A stretch of 63,133 nucleotides of DNA, counting the filler, from Octopus bimaculoides (lineage: Eukaryota), in NCBI RefSeq assembly GCF_001194135.2. It is 4 parts of 4 records of this genome, joined end to end, with 100 filler letters (N's around TTAATTAATTAA, not from the genome) between each part and the next. Parts side by side here need not be neighbours in the genome. Positions count along the whole stretch, not along the records: positions 60,266 to 63,133 come from NC_068988.1; 3 more parts are not named here. One strand, written 5' to 3'. The notes beneath the pieces are model-generated. The model ran no database searches and was not told the DNA's origin. It saw nothing but the letters and a program-made list of their open reading frames with translations. Every line of letters starts with the position of its first letter. Positions within the stretch are counted from its first letter, which is position 1. The translations under genes were made by a program, and so were the position numbers. Below are positions 61,754 to 63,133 of this stretch, in pieces.

Positions 61754-63133
61754 CCACACACACACACACACATTTATATATATGTATGAGTATGTTCCTG
61801 CGCATGCATACGCACGCGCGTGTGTGCGTGTGTGCATGTGTGTTTATGGTCAACTACTGCAGAAGTGAATTAATAGAAGTGGAAAACAAAGTGTTATGAG
61901 AAGATAAAACGACAAAGACAACAATGAAAATGTCAAAAATTCTGAGTTATTTCTTTAAATAACGTTGAACTGAAGCTGACATGAGCAACCGTTGACTTGA
62001 AATTTTATGGTCAGCCCAACCCTATCAAAGACAAATTGTGCGCAACAGTACAAAGCACCACGCGTATAACACAAGTATAATAAAGATAAAGTAATGATAG
62101 CATTGAAATACATTGAAGGCAAATTACAGCTTAGAATCAGGCAAGCCCGTCTTCTGGCCGTTCAAAATATCAAACCAGCATTTGAAATTACATATCTATA
62201 ACAACCTCATCGCGCACGCATACGTACATGAATAGTTTGTAACAAAGAAACTCAGACTTGATGAGTATGGTGTAAATGAGAATAATTAGCATTATTCAGC
62301 GCTGAACAATTTTATCATAAAAAATACCCCATTTATAGTATAGCCAGAGAAGACATAATAGTGCTCGAGTGCATTTTCGAGTCACCGAGAATGAAGAGAA
62401 CACGGATGGAAGTTTCTGTCCGACACTGAAATAGTCAAGAAGATGCTTGCGACAGTGTGGACTCAGTTATCGGCACCCCAGGATACTGCATGATGAATAA
62501 AGTTCCAACTAGAAATGAGAAGCCGGATAAATTCCCACGTTTCCGCCTGTTGAATATCTTTCGGATAGTTATTCAATCTGTGATTATCTGTGTTGGCACA
62601 AAAGATAATACTTTGTGCCAGGGAATACGAGATCATGTATTTGCAAAGGGAACTTCATAATCGGGTAATTATATCTGCAATCTTTCATAAATTTAACAAA
62701 CAAATAGATATACAAGCATGTACAAGAAATCACCACAGTACAATGCAATACCAATCATCCGTTAGTTTCACACACATTGGATCAGTTTTAAGTTGTCAGA
62801 ATGTTTGTCGTTGAGCCCTAGAAACCTTCTCTGGTCCAGTAGATCTATGATCAGAGTTGGCTGAATAACAACATGGATGTGCTACACCGGGCTCCCTATA
62901 CAAAAACAAATCTAATCCAATAACATCGATGGAATTAGGCAAAAGAACCGGTGCAAGATTTGAAGGAAGCGGTCTTTTAACGAAGATAATTTTTTTAAAA
63001 ATATTTTTTATTCTTAAAAAATGAAATTTCACTGCCATACAAAGCACAGGTTCTCCTATGCACGATGTCTCAATGAAACACGAGCGATCACACACGCAAA
63101 ACCAACACCGGAAAGTTTACACACTATATAAAA

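Noticed and set aside
62340-63133. ORFs near the right end (67-99 aa) as a gene or promoter
   Set aside because: No recognisable domain, weak splice signals, and partial overlap with repeat family G

Overview
AT-rich, repeat-saturated animal genomic DNA. The microsatellite load and the SINE/LINE families look like a coleoid cephalopod (octopus), but that is my inference, not a database result. I cannot identify a host protein-coding gene: nearly all ORFs in the six-frame track are microsatellite or N-gap read-throughs, and only three weak exon candidates remain. Recognisable content: many 5'-truncated RTE-type LINE 3' ends; at least three tRNA-derived SINE families with swapped modules; a DD37D (maT) transposase relic; mariner-derived non-autonomous elements; hAT-, Kolobok- and Helentron-like MITEs; two other LINE RT relics; and a decayed Ty3/Gypsy element with 5' LTR, PBS, gag, PR, RT and RNase H. 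Three 100-bp spacers (44 N + TTAATTAATTAA + 44 N) are artificial joins. The first (27995-28094) coincides with an abrupt switch from CpG-depleted to CpG-retaining DNA. The most striking structure is a ~650-bp palindromic element: two tRNA-like Pol III heads fused head-to-head, each followed by (AAT)n and a Penelope-type minimal hammerhead ribozyme. Two full copies carry 10-11 bp target-site duplications (5184-5817, and 53799-54455 inside the Gypsy RT), and there is one internally deleted copy (52676-52880). Other, unrelated minimal hammerhead motifs occur at 10146-10193 and 15242-15278. Family letters (A-D, G) are my working labels, and most repeat boundaries are approximate.
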